DNA of 64,000 nt from Dehalococcoidia bacterium (GCA_021731085.1 JAKFYB010000015.1:81745-145744); one strand, 5' to 3'; numbered from the stretch's first letter, positions 40,309-49,409 are shown. The notes: generated from the letters alone by a model not told the origin. Program-made: numbers and translations.

Positions 40309-41289
40309 ATGACTGACACACCACACGCCATCGTCATCGAACAAACCGGAGGGCCGGAGGCTCTCGTCCTGCAGCCGCGCGACCCCGGCCAGCCCGGGCG
40401 CGGGCAGGTGCGCGTCGCGATCAACTCGGTGGGCGTGAACTTCATCGACGTCTACTTCCGGCTCGGCCGCTACCCCGCGCCGATACCGTTTGTGCCCGGC
40501 CTCGAAGGCGCAGGGGTTGTCGAAGCGATCGGCCCCGACGCCGGCGATCTCGTGCCGGGTGATCGCGTCGCGTGGGCGACGGCATTCGGATCGTACGCCA
40601 CCCACGTCATCGCGAAGGCCGATATTCTCGTCCGCATCCCGGATGGCGTCAGCGACGAGATCGCGTCTGCGGCGATGCTGCAGGGCATGACGGCGCACTA
40701 CCTCATCCATGGCTGCCGTGAGACGAAGGCGGGCGACGTGGCACTCGTACACGCGGGTGCAGGCGGCGCGGGCCTACTGCTCACGCAGATGCTCAAGAAC
40801 ATCGGCGCGCGCGTCATCACCACCGTCTCGACGAGTGAGAAGGCCGCACTTTCGCACGGCGCCGGCGCTGACGAAGTCATCCTCTACAACGACATCGACT
40901 TCGTGGCGGAGGTCAAGCGCCTGACCGACGGGCGCGGCGTCGATGTGGTCTACGACGGCGTCGGCGCAACGACGTTCGACGGCAGTCTGCGCTCTCTGCG
41001 TCCGCGCGGACTGATGGCGCTGTACGGCGCGGCGAGCGGGCCGCCACCGCCGTTCGACCCGCAGTTGCTGAACACCCTGGGTTCGCTGTTCCTGACGCGG
41101 CCTACGCTCGCCGCTTACACCGCAACGCGCGAGGAACTGGAGTTGCGGGCTGGAGCCGTGCTTGAAGCGATCGTCGCCGGGAAGCTGGATGTGCGGATCG
41201 GCGCAAGGTTCCCACTTGCGGATGCTGCGGCCGCGCACCGCGCACTCGAAGGGCGAGAGACGACGGGCAAGGTGCTGTTGATTCCGTAG
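40309..41289 (+). CDS. qor: NADPH:quinone oxidoreductase (zeta-crystallin family)
   Basis: GVNFIDVYFR, MLQGMTAHYL, AGAGGAG, VVYDGVG, GSLFLTRP, TTGKVLL. Confidence 0.93.
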   Translation: MTDTPHAIVIEQTGGPEALVLQPRDPGQPGRGQVRVAINSVGVNFIDVYFRLGRYPAPIPFVPGLEGAGVVEAIGPDAGDLVPGDRVAWATAFGSYATHVIAKADILVRIPDGVSDEIASAAMLQGMTAHYLIHGCRETKAGDVALVHAGAGGAGLLLTQMLKNIGARVITTVSTSEKAALSHGAGADEVILYNDIDFVAEVKRLTDGRGVDVVYDGVGATTFDGSLRSLRPRGLMALYGAASGPPPPFDPQLLNTLGSLFLTRPTLAAYTATREELELRAGAVLEAIVAGKLDVRIGARFPLADAAAAHRALEGRETTGKVLLIP

Positions 41290-41295
41290 TGGTGA

Positions 41296-41311
41296 TGTTT
41301 CACGTGAAACA
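41296..41311. other. parS centromere site 1
   Basis: Perfect TGTTTCACGTGAAACA; palindrome extends to 24 bp (41292-41315). Confidence 0.92.
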
Positions 41312-41351
41312 TCACGCTAGCGGACGCACACCTGCTGCACGCGGCGACTGA

Positions 41352-41375
41352 GCGGAGCTGAAGCTCCGCGGCTAC
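41352..41375 (-). repeat. REP-like palindrome family B (GCGGAGCTGAAGCTCCGCnGCTAC)
   Basis: Near-identical copy at 42365-42388; diverged relatives near 36408-36429 and 53147-53173; reads GTAG + hairpin on the - strand. Confidence 0.8.
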
Positions 41376-41431
41376 TTACTGTTGACGGCGGATCTGCTTT
41401 CGCCGCTACTGGATCAGGGCAGGAGGCCAAG

Positions 41432-42271
41432 GTGACTGACACGATCTCGAAGGCGGTACTGATTACCGGATGTTCGACCGGGATCGGGCGAGCGACGGCG
41501 GAGCGGCTCGGCGGCAAGGGCATGACCGTGTACGCGACGGCGCGGCGCCTGGAGTCGATCGCCGATCTTGAGGCCAAGGGCTGCAAGCTGCTGGCGTGTG
41601 ATGTCACTGATGAATCGTCCATGGTGGCGGCGGTGCGGACGGTCGAGGACGCGCACGGCGCCGTTGGCGTGCTGGTGAACAACGCCGGGTACGCGCAGGA
41701 CGGCCCGATCGAGGAGGTGCCGCTCGATGATGTGCGGCGCCAGTTCGAGACGAATGTGTTCGGGCTGGTGCGGATGACGCAGCTTGTGCTGCCCGCGATG
41801 CGTCGCCAACGATGGGGCCGGGTGATCAACGTGAGCTCCGTCGGCGGGAAGCTCGTGTTTCCCGGCGGCGGCTTCTATCACGCGACGAAGTGGTCGGTCG
41901 AAGCGATCAGTGAGGCGCTGCGGTTCGAGGTGCGGCCGTTCGGCGTGGACGTGGCCGTGATCGAGCCCGGTACGATCGCGACGTCGTACGAGGAGACCTC
42001 GGCGGCGAAATTCGCGGGCGGTAATGACGCGTCCGACTACGCGCAGTTCAAGCGCGACCGGCTGGAGCGCGTGGCCGCTGCCTACGAGGGTAAGGTCGCC
42101 GGGCCCGACGAAGTGGCGAAGGTGATTGGGCACGCGGCGACTGCGTCGAAGCCACGGACGCGTTACGTCGTGACGGCGCAGGCGCGGATGGTGATGTCGC
42201 TGCGGCGGGTGCTGCCGGATCGCGCGTGGGATCGGTTCATAGGCATGCAGTTCAAGCCGCCAAAGGTGTAG
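41432..42271 (+). CDS. short-chain dehydrogenase/reductase
   Basis: LITGCSTGIG, NNAGY, YHATK, IEPG; AGGAGG RBS. Confidence 0.94.
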   Translation: MTDTISKAVLITGCSTGIGRATAERLGGKGMTVYATARRLESIADLEAKGCKLLACDVTDESSMVAAVRTVEDAHGAVGVLVNNAGYAQDGPIEEVPLDDVRRQFETNVFGLVRMTQLVLPAMRRQRWGRVINVSSVGGKLVFPGGGFYHATKWSVEAISEALRFEVRPFGVDVAVIEPGTIATSYEETSAAKFAGGNDASDYAQFKRDRLERVAAAYEGKVAGPDEVAKVIGHAATASKPRTRYVVTAQARMVMSLRRVLPDRAWDRFIGMQFKPPKV

Positions 42272-42309
42272 CTGGTCAGCCAGTCAGCCAGTCAGCCAGT
42301 CAGGGGTGA

Positions 42310-42325
42310 TGTTTCACGTGAAACA
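42310..42325. other. parS centromere site 2
   Basis: Perfect TGTTTCACGTGAAACA. Confidence 0.92.
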
Positions 42326-42471
42326 TTCTGCGGGTGCGAGACATCTCCTTTGAGCGACGACTGCGCGGAGCTGAAGCTCCGCCGCTACTGATGCCGCCAT
42401 CGCCAGGAAATCCACACGAACCCGTAGACGACGGCATGACGCCCTAGCTGTATGTTGCGCGGGCGTGGTGA

Positions 42472-42487
42472 TGTTTCACGTGAAACA
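42472..42487. other. parS centromere site 3
   Basis: Perfect TGTTTCACGTGAAACA followed by an AT-richer stretch. Confidence 0.92.
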
Positions 42488-42608
42488 TTGTTGTCGCATT
42501 GGAATATCGAATGTTGATTCTGGCGGGTGCCATTCGAGGCTTGCAGATCGCATTTGCTGGGGCGCGGCGCGCTAGCTTCCGGCTTTCCTCCGGCCTACCC
42601 TGCGCAAT

Positions 42609-43991
42609 GTGAGCGACTACATCACGATGCCTGAACAGCGCGTGCCGGTGATCGCAGCGTGCGATGTGCTGGTGGTGGGTGGCGGCGCGGCGGGGATGTC
42701 GGCGGCGATTGCGGCTGCGCGCCAGGGCGCAGACGTGATTCTTGTCGAGCGGTACGGGTACCTCGGTGGGCTGGCTTCGGGCGGGCTGATCGTGCTGCTG
42801 CTTACGCTCGATGACGGCGACGGCCATCAGATCATCGCCGGGCAGTGCCAGGAGCTGGTCGAGCGGTTGGCGTCGCGAGGGGCCTGCTTCTATCCGCCGG
42901 AGAGCGACTGGGGCAACTACGACGAGGCGCTCGTCGAGAAATACCGGCGCTGGGGGCTCGTGTGGGGCAGTGGGCCGCATCGCGTCCGGTACTCCGTTGC
43001 GTACGACCCGGAGGAGTTCAAGTACGTCGCGAACACGTGGGTCGGCGAGGCGGGGGTGCGGTTGATGTACCACCGGTGGGCGAGCGATGTTGTCTTCGAT
43101 GACGGCGCTGGTGCTGGGACTGCACCTCACCCCCCGGCCCCCTCTCCACGACGTGGAGAGGGCGAGTCGAACGGCGAACAGACGCCCGCGACTGAGAACC
43201 GACGATCGATCTCGCATGTTGTGTTTACGTCGAAGGCGGGGCGCGAGGCGATTCGGGCGTCATGCGTGATCGATACTACTGGTGACGGCGACGTGTTCAC
43301 GATGGCGGGCGAGTCATTCGAGAAGGAGCAGATCCATCCGTGGCTCTGGTTCCGGATGGCGGGCGTACAAGATGTTGACGCGGCACAGGCCGGGCGCGGC
43401 GGGTTCTTCTTCAAGACGGTGAAGGATGGCCAAGTGCTGATGCCGTGGGGTGCGGCCGAACGCATCGAACGGCGCATCGACGCGACGAATCCGGACGACC
43501 TGACGTTCGCGGAGGTTGAGTGCCGGCGGATGGTGATGGACGAGGTCGATCGCCTGCGCGCGCAGGTGCCGGGCTTTGAGGATGCGTATCTCACCGACGT
43601 TGCACTGACGCTGGGCGTGACGGAGTCACGGCGGCTGAACGGCGCGCACACGCTCGTCCGCGATGACGTGGGCACGGTGTTCGAGGACACGATCGCGACG
43701 ACGGGCCACTGGACGAAGTACGGCGCGGTTTACCACATTCCGTATCGCAGCCTGCTGCCGCAGCGCGTAGGCAATTTGCTTGTTGCCGGCCGTTGTATCA
43801 GCGTCGACCATCGAGTGCATCACGCGACGAAGGAGATCCCGCCGGCGTTCGCGACGGGCGAAGCGGCGGGTGTTGCGGCGGTGCAGGCGCTGCGCTCGTC
43901 GGTGGGGGTGGAGGCGGTGGATGTTGGCACACTGCAGGCCTCTTTGCGGGAAGCAGGTGCTTGGTTACCGGAAGGTGGCGCCTCGTCTTGA
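42609..43991 (+). CDS. FAD-dependent oxidoreductase carrying an in-frame repeat insertion
   Basis: DVLVVGGGAAG, LGGLASGG, IDTTGDGD, GVTESRR, IPYRSLLP, LLVAGRCIS, GEAAG. Confidence 0.92.
   Translation: MSDYITMPEQRVPVIAACDVLVVGGGAAGMSAAIAAARQGADVILVERYGYLGGLASGGLIVLLLTLDDGDGHQIIAGQCQELVERLASRGACFYPPESDWGNYDEALVEKYRRWGLVWGSGPHRVRYSVAYDPEEFKYVANTWVGEAGVRLMYHRWASDVVFDDGAGAGTAPHPPAPSPRRGEGESNGEQTPATENRRSISHVVFTSKAGREAIRASCVIDTTGDGDVFTMAGESFEKEQIHPWLWFRMAGVQDVDAAQAGRGGFFFKTVKDGQVLMPWGAAERIERRIDATNPDDLTFAEVECRRMVMDEVDRLRAQVPGFEDAYLTDVALTLGVTESRRLNGAHTLVRDDVGTVFEDTIATTGHWTKYGAVYHIPYRSLLPQRVGNLLVAGRCISVDHRVHHATKEIPPAFATGEAAGVAAVQALRSSVGVEAVDVGTLQASLREAGAWLPEGGASS
43119..43172 (+). repeat. palindromic repeat, intragenic copy
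   Basis: ACTGCACCTCACCCCC..CCTCTCCAC-GAC-GTGGAGAGGG; matches the intergenic copy at 44938-44992. Confidence 0.85.
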
Positions 43992-44014
43992 TAGGGGGAG
44001 CGACCGTTCAATCA

Positions 44015-44890
44015 TTGCCGCCGGAGATGCTTGCCCGCATACGGCGGCTCGAGATTCATGCGCGGCGGCTTGTCGCGAATGTGTTTCTTGGCCAGTACCA
44101 CAGCGTGTTCAAGGGACGGGGCATCGAGTTCAGCGAGGTGCGACAGTACGAGGCCGGCGACGACGTGCGGATGATCGACTGGAACGTGACGGCGCGGATG
44201 GGCGTGCCGTACGTGAAGCAGTACATCGAGGAGCGCGAGCTCACAGTGCTGCTGGCCGTCGATGTGAGCGCGTCGTCGGGGTTTACGTCGACGGCGGTGT
44301 CCAAGCGCGAGCTCGCAGCAGAGGTCGCGGCGACGCTGGCGTTCGCGGCGGTGTCGAACAACGATCGCGTCGGGCTACTGACGTTCACTGACGGCGTCGA
44401 GCAGTACGTGCCGCCCGGAAAGTCGCGGCGGCATGTGTTGCGGATGGTGCGCGAATTGCTGTACCACGAGCCGCAATCGCGAGGGACTGATATCGGCGCG
44501 GCGCTGACGTATCTTGCACGGATCGCGAAGCGGCGAGCGATCATTTTTCTCATCAGTGACTTCTTCGATACGGGCTGGGAGTCCGCGTTGCGTGCGGCAT
44601 CCTTGCGGCACGAGGTCGTCGCGCTGACTCTGACGGATCCACGCGAGGAACGACTGCCGAGCGCGGGGCTGATCGAGATGGAGGACGCCGAGACTGGCGC
44701 GCGAACGCTCGTCGACACGTCGGATGCGGGCGTACGGGCGACGTACGCGCGGCGAGCGCAGGCGGCCGCGGCGCAGCGTCGGCGGACGTTAGCGGCGATC
44801 GGCGTGGATGAGGTCGCGCTGCGGACGGATCGCTCCTACGTCGAGCCTCTGCTGCGGGCGTTTCGCGCGCGGGAGCTGCGGCGGCGATAG
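44015..44890 (+). CDS. DUF58 domain protein
   Basis: GQYHSVFKGRGIEFSEVRQY, GDDVRMIDWNVTAR, EERE, DVSAS, LISDF; start uncertain (TTG 44015 or ATG 44027). Confidence 0.93.
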   Translation: MPPEMLARIRRLEIHARRLVANVFLGQYHSVFKGRGIEFSEVRQYEAGDDVRMIDWNVTARMGVPYVKQYIEERELTVLLAVDVSASSGFTSTAVSKRELAAEVAATLAFAAVSNNDRVGLLTFTDGVEQYVPPGKSRRHVLRMVRELLYHEPQSRGTDIGAALTYLARIAKRRAIIFLISDFFDTGWESALRAASLRHEVVALTLTDPREERLPSAGLIEMEDAETGARTLVDTSDAGVRATYARRAQAAAAQRRRTLAAIGVDEVALRTDRSYVEPLLRAFRARELRRR

Positions 44891-44937
44891 GACTTCACGT
44901 CCGCGACACCTGACTCACAACGACTATTCGCGATGGC

Positions 44938-44992
44938 ACTGCACCTCACCCCCAAGCCGCCTCTCCACGTTGTGGAGAGGGGGAGCTTGAAC
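44938..44992 (+). repeat. palindromic repeat, intergenic copy
   Basis: ACTGCACCTCACCCCC..CCTCTCCAC-GTT-GTGGAGAGGG. Confidence 0.85.
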
Positions 44993-45078
44993 CCCTTCGC
45001 GTGCTCCTTCAGTACGCACTGGCCGTCCGGAGCACGCCTCGCTGTAACCATTCGCGCACCACGAGTATGCTTGGCCGC

Positions 45079-46047
45079 ATGAAGATTGTTGTTTCGGAGC
45101 GAGTGGCGAAGGAACACGGTCGGCGCATTCGGGCGGCGGCGCCAGGCGCGAAGCTTGTGTGGCCATCGCTCGATGATGGGGGCGCTGTGCGGTGGGCGGG
45201 CGATCCTGCTGGGGCCGACGTGTGCTTCTTCTCGGAGGACTTCTGGTCGGACCTGACGATGCGGCAGTCGGTGCTGCCGGTGGTGTTTCGGCTCGAAGGA
45301 CTGCGGTGGTTTCACACGTTCAGCGCGGGGACAGATGCTGGCGCGTTCAAGGCGATGGTCGAGCGCGGGACGATACTGACGAACTCATCCGGCGGTTCGG
45401 GTCCATCGATCGCGCAGTATGTGTTGGCGATGATGCTGTACCAGGCCAAGCCGATCGAGCAGTGGCGCGCGCAGCAGGCTCGAGGTGAGTGGACGCAACT
45501 TCCGGCGGGAGAACTGACCGGCCAGACGTGCGGGATCATCGGGACGGGCGCAATCGGCAGCGAAGTAGCGCGCCTCGCGAACGCGTTTGGGATGCGGACG
45601 GTGGGCATGCGGCGTTCGGAGAAGAAGGCGCGGTGGATCGACGAACAGGTCACGCCGAAACGGCTGCCGGCCCTGCTGAAACAGAGCGACTTCGTCGTGC
45701 TGGCGTGTCCGCTGACGCCACAGACCGAGGGCCTGATCGGCGAACGCGAACTGCAGGCGATGAAACCGACGGCGACGCTGATCAATGTTGCGCGCGGGCG
45801 TGTGTGCGTCGAGGGCGCGTTGATCACGGCGCTGCAGGAACAGTGGATTGCGGGCGCCGTGCTCGATGTGTTCACGTTCGAGCCGCTGCCGGAACAGAGC
45901 CCGTTGTGGTCCATGCCGAATGTGATCGTGACACCGCATAACTCAGGGTCATCGCCGCTAAACATGGGACGGGCGTTGGAGATCTTTCTCGACAACCTGG
46001 AGCGTTTTGCGGCGGGTCGGAAGATGCGGAACGTGGTCACGCTGTAG
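45079..46047 (+). CDS. D-2-hydroxyacid dehydrogenase
   Basis: GTGAIG, PLTPQT, LINVARG, LDVFTFEPL, TPHNSG. Confidence 0.93.
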   Translation: MKIVVSERVAKEHGRRIRAAAPGAKLVWPSLDDGGAVRWAGDPAGADVCFFSEDFWSDLTMRQSVLPVVFRLEGLRWFHTFSAGTDAGAFKAMVERGTILTNSSGGSGPSIAQYVLAMMLYQAKPIEQWRAQQARGEWTQLPAGELTGQTCGIIGTGAIGSEVARLANAFGMRTVGMRRSEKKARWIDEQVTPKRLPALLKQSDFVVLACPLTPQTEGLIGERELQAMKPTATLINVARGRVCVEGALITALQEQWIAGAVLDVFTFEPLPEQSPLWSMPNVIVTPHNSGSSPLNMGRALEIFLDNLERFAAGRKMRNVVTL

Positions 46048-46129
46048 GCTTGACACCCGAAGCTGTCAATTTGCTGTGAGTTGACGTGCGCCCGTCGATT
46101 CGCGTTCGGTTCCCGCGTACGATCCTTGT

Positions 46130-46918
46130 ATGCAGATCGAAGTGGCGTTGACGCCGAAGCTCTTGCGGCATCCGCATCTGTATGCGGTAGCGGTTGTGGA
46201 TGTGCTGCGGGCCACGACATCGCTCGTCGCGATGCATGAGAATGGGCTGCTGCGATCGATCATCAGCGAGAACATTCAGCAGGCACGACAGCTCTCGCGC
46301 GCGAACTTCTCGCTGCTGTGTGGCGAGGTTCGGGCGCTTCCGCCGGCGGGGTTCGACTACGGCAACTCTCCTGCGGAGTTCGGTGGTTTGTCGTTCAAGG
46401 GTAAGTCGGCGGTGTTGATGACGACGAACGGAACGAAGGCGATCGCCGCTGCGGCGGACGCGCCGTTCGTCGCTGCGGCGGCGCTCACGAACCGCACGGC
46501 CGTGGCGCGCAGGCTACTCGACGAGGCGACAACACGCGGGCTCGACATAGCCGTCGTGTGCGCGGGGACGGAGCGCGGGCTGGCGTTTAGTCTCGAGGAT
46601 ACCGTCGCCGCGGGCGCCGTCGTCGAAGCGGCGCAACAGCTTGATGACACGCTGCATCTCGCCGACTCGGCGTGGGCGGCGCTGCACCTCTGGCGGTGGT
46701 ACAAGGGCGATGCGATGCGCGCGTTCAAACAATCGCGGCACGGGCGGACGTTGGTTGAGCATGGCTTCGAGAAGGATCTGCGATATGCATCGCGTGTCGA
46801 TGCGTCGGAGACGGTGCCCTGGCTGCACGTCGAGAACGGCATGCGGGTGTTGCGCACGCGGACGCCCCGCAGCGCGGGGCAGTCGGCTGGCGCTCCGGCT
46901 GGCGCTCCGGCGTCGTAG
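46130..46918 (+). CDS. comB: 2-phosphosulfolactate phosphatase family
   Basis: VVDVLRATTS, LCGE, FDYGNSP, TTNGT, CAG, SLED. Confidence 0.92.
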   Translation: MQIEVALTPKLLRHPHLYAVAVVDVLRATTSLVAMHENGLLRSIISENIQQARQLSRANFSLLCGEVRALPPAGFDYGNSPAEFGGLSFKGKSAVLMTTNGTKAIAAAADAPFVAAAALTNRTAVARRLLDEATTRGLDIAVVCAGTERGLAFSLEDTVAAGAVVEAAQQLDDTLHLADSAWAALHLWRWYKGDAMRAFKQSRHGRTLVEHGFEKDLRYASRVDASETVPWLHVENGMRVLRTRTPRSAGQSAGAPAGAPAS

Positions 46919-47070
46919 AAGCTCCCCGGTTCGAGGCGATTCTGGGCGTTTCGCGCGATGCCAATCAGGTGTTACGCGAATGCAATGCGAGATTCGATGC
47001 GGGTACGTTAGAGTGGAAGTAACAGACGTCCCGTAGTCGTGCTGGCAATGCGCCAGCGAAGGAGCATTCC

Positions 47071-47211
47071 ATGAAGAAGATCATGATTCTGGCCGCTGCT
47101 GCTGCCGCTGTCTTCGGTCTCGCGAAGCTTCGCGGCAAGAAGCAGGAGGACGAGTTCGGGGTCGACACGGTCGTGCCGTCGAACGGATACGCGCCGGAGC
47201 CGCAGCCTTAG
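47071..47211 (+). CDS. 46-aa small membrane-anchored protein
   Basis: Below ORF-track cutoff; AAGGAG RBS; MKKIMILAAAAAAVFGLAKLRGKKQEDEFGVDTVVPSNGYAPEPQP; own terminator. Confidence 0.75.
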   Translation: MKKIMILAAAAAAVFGLAKLRGKKQEDEFGVDTVVPSNGYAPEPQP

Positions 47212-47229
47212 TCTCCAAACCCAGAAGCA

Positions 47230-47267
47230 AACAGAACGGTCGCACACAAGTGGGGCCGTTTTCTGTT
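47230..47267 (+). terminator. intrinsic terminator
   Basis: AACAGAACGGTC..GGCCGTTTTCTGTT hairpin with T-rich 3' arm. Confidence 0.65.
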
Positions 47268-47321
47268 GTCTGGCGCACGCCTACACTTTCCTATAGGCGA
47301 GTCTCGCCCACGGGAGGATTC

Positions 47322-48113
47322 ATGGCTGACTTTGAGTATGCGGTCGATGGGCACATCGCGAAGATGCGGTTCAACCGCCCCGAACGAATGAACGCGATCA
47401 CATATGAAATGCTTGCTGAGATCGAGCAGGCGGCGCGCGAGGCGAACGCGGACGACAACGTGCGCGCTGTGGTCGTCACGGGCGAAGGGCGGGCGTTCAG
47501 CGCGGGGACGGATCTGCAGCAGCTATCATCGGCACCACCTGCGATGGGTCGGGCTGAGACGCTCGGTCATGCGTACGGCGACGATGCGCCGGCGCCGTGG
47601 ACGTTCCCGTCGATCTCGAAGCCGGTCATCGCGGCGGTTAACGGGGCCGCTGTTGGTCTTGGTGCGGAATTCACACTGCAGTGCGATCTTCGGATCGCGG
47701 CGGAGTCGGCGCGGTTTGGGTGGGTGTTTGTGCATCGCGGGTTGGTGCCGGACACGGCCGCGGGTTCGTGGCTGCTGTCACGCATCGTCGGTCTGCAACA
47801 GGCGGCGCGGCTGCTCTTTACAGGCGAGATCATTGGGGCGCAGGAGGCGAAGGACATCGGCTATGTGCTGGATGTGGTACCCGATGCGCAACTGATGGAT
47901 CGCGCGATGGCAATGGCGGACGCGGTGACGCGCGGGAGTCCGCTGGCAGCGCGCGAGATCAAGCGGCTGCTGTATCGCGGCCTCGTGCGGCCACCGATGG
48001 AACATCTGAAGGACAGTACGGCGACGATCACGCGTTTGTTCCAGAGCGAGGACTTCAAGGAAGGCGTGCGCGCGTTTCTTGAGAAGCGTCCACCGGAGTG
48101 GCCGGGCAACTAG
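47322..48113 (+). CDS. enoyl-CoA hydratase/isomerase family
   Basis: NRPERMNA, AFSAGTDL, KPVIAAVNGAAVG, GLVPD, DFKEGVRAFLEKR. Confidence 0.94.
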   Translation: MADFEYAVDGHIAKMRFNRPERMNAITYEMLAEIEQAAREANADDNVRAVVVTGEGRAFSAGTDLQQLSSAPPAMGRAETLGHAYGDDAPAPWTFPSISKPVIAAVNGAAVGLGAEFTLQCDLRIAAESARFGWVFVHRGLVPDTAAGSWLLSRIVGLQQAARLLFTGEIIGAQEAKDIGYVLDVVPDAQLMDRAMAMADAVTRGSPLAAREIKRLLYRGLVRPPMEHLKDSTATITRLFQSEDFKEGVRAFLEKRPPEWPGN

Positions 48114-48299
48114 ATCTCGCACCTCGGATGAGAGAGCGCGGGCTGAACAGTCCGCGCTCCGCATGGCACCGCTACACAACAAACACGCGGGCTGAAAGCC
48201 CGCGCTCCGTCATCACATTCGCGCGGAACCTTTTCGGCTGACGCGTCGTCTCTTCTCACATCCCGCCTCATCTGTGGGGGAATCGAGGAGGAAGACATC

Positions 48300-49328
48300 A
48301 TGGGAATCCAATTCACACGCAAGGCATGGCTCATCGCCGGATCGGCGGCAGTGCTGCTGTTCGCGGCTGCATGCGGTTCGTCGATGAGCGACGACGAGGG
48401 AGCGAATTCGGAAGCACAGCCGCCAATGACGGACGCGTTCACCGACAACTCAATCGTGAGCGAAGGAGCAGGCGGCGCTGACGGCGATGCGACATCGTTC
48501 GAATCGGGTGGCGAGCGGGTTGGCGCGCCACAGGTCGGGACGACGGGCGCTTCGGATGCGCCTGATGCGGGCACCGGGTCGACGGGTGCAGGCGGTGCGC
48601 CGCTGCCGGCGCTGCTCGACCGCAAGATGATCATGACGGCGACGCTGACGCTGGAGACCGACGAAGTCTCCAAGCGCTTTGAAGACGTCGGCAATATCGC
48701 TGCCGGTGCGGGCGGGTTCGTCGCGAGTTCGTCTTTCGGGAACAGCGGCGAGCACCAGACGGCGTCGATCACGATACGGCTGCCCAGCGAGGGCTACCAA
48801 CGCGCGATCGTCGAGCTGCGGAAGCTCGGCACCGTGACGGGAGAGCAGTCGGGCGCGAACGACGTGACGGAGGAGTACACGGACCTTGAGTCGCGGCTGC
48901 GCGGATTGCGCGCGGTCGAGCAGCAGTACATGGAGTTCCTGACGCGCGCCGTGTCGATCGATGAAGTGTTGACGGTGCAGGATCGCTTGAACGGCGTGCG
49001 CGTCGAGATGGAGCAGATCCAGGGGCGGATCAACCTGCTCGCGAACCAGACGGACCTCGCCACGATCACGGTGCACCTCGAGCCACCGGCGATCGCCGTT
49101 GAGCCGCCGACCGAGGGTGGCAGCGTGACGCCGCTGGAGGCTCTTGAGAATGGCTGGGAGGCATCGCTGGCGGTGCTTGGTGGCGTTGCCGTCGTGACGC
49201 TGGCTGTGCTGGCATTCTCTTGGTGGTTGATCCCGGTCTTCGTCGTGGGGGCGTTTGTTGTGCGGCGGCTGGTGAAGAACAGCGGCTCGCGCGCGGTGCA
49301 AGCCGCGACGGTTGAGCCGAGCGCCTAA
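48300..49328 (+). CDS. DUF4349 domain lipoprotein
   Basis: Lipobox AAAC, DVTEEYTDLESRL, EMEQIQG, ATITV, C-terminal TM. Confidence 0.88.
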   Translation: MGIQFTRKAWLIAGSAAVLLFAAACGSSMSDDEGANSEAQPPMTDAFTDNSIVSEGAGGADGDATSFESGGERVGAPQVGTTGASDAPDAGTGSTGAGGAPLPALLDRKMIMTATLTLETDEVSKRFEDVGNIAAGAGGFVASSSFGNSGEHQTASITIRLPSEGYQRAIVELRKLGTVTGEQSGANDVTEEYTDLESRLRGLRAVEQQYMEFLTRAVSIDEVLTVQDRLNGVRVEMEQIQGRINLLANQTDLATITVHLEPPAIAVEPPTEGGSVTPLEALENGWEASLAVLGGVAVVTLAVLAFSWWLIPVFVVGAFVVRRLVKNSGSRAVQAATVEPSA

Positions 49329-49409
49329 CGCGACGTCGGGGGCCGACTACGAACATTAGATGTACACGAGAGACGCGGGCTGAAAAGCCCGCGCTCCGAC
49401 GTGTATGTC

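Noticed and set aside
42400-42560. oriC proper at the parS cluster
   Set aside because: No TTATCCACA-type box cluster; only one two-mismatch AAATCCACA and a modest AT-rich tract. Not enough to call.
44015-44890. DUF58 as part of a MoxR/VWA chaperone operon
   Set aside because: No MoxR AAA+ or VWA gene is adjacent in this window.
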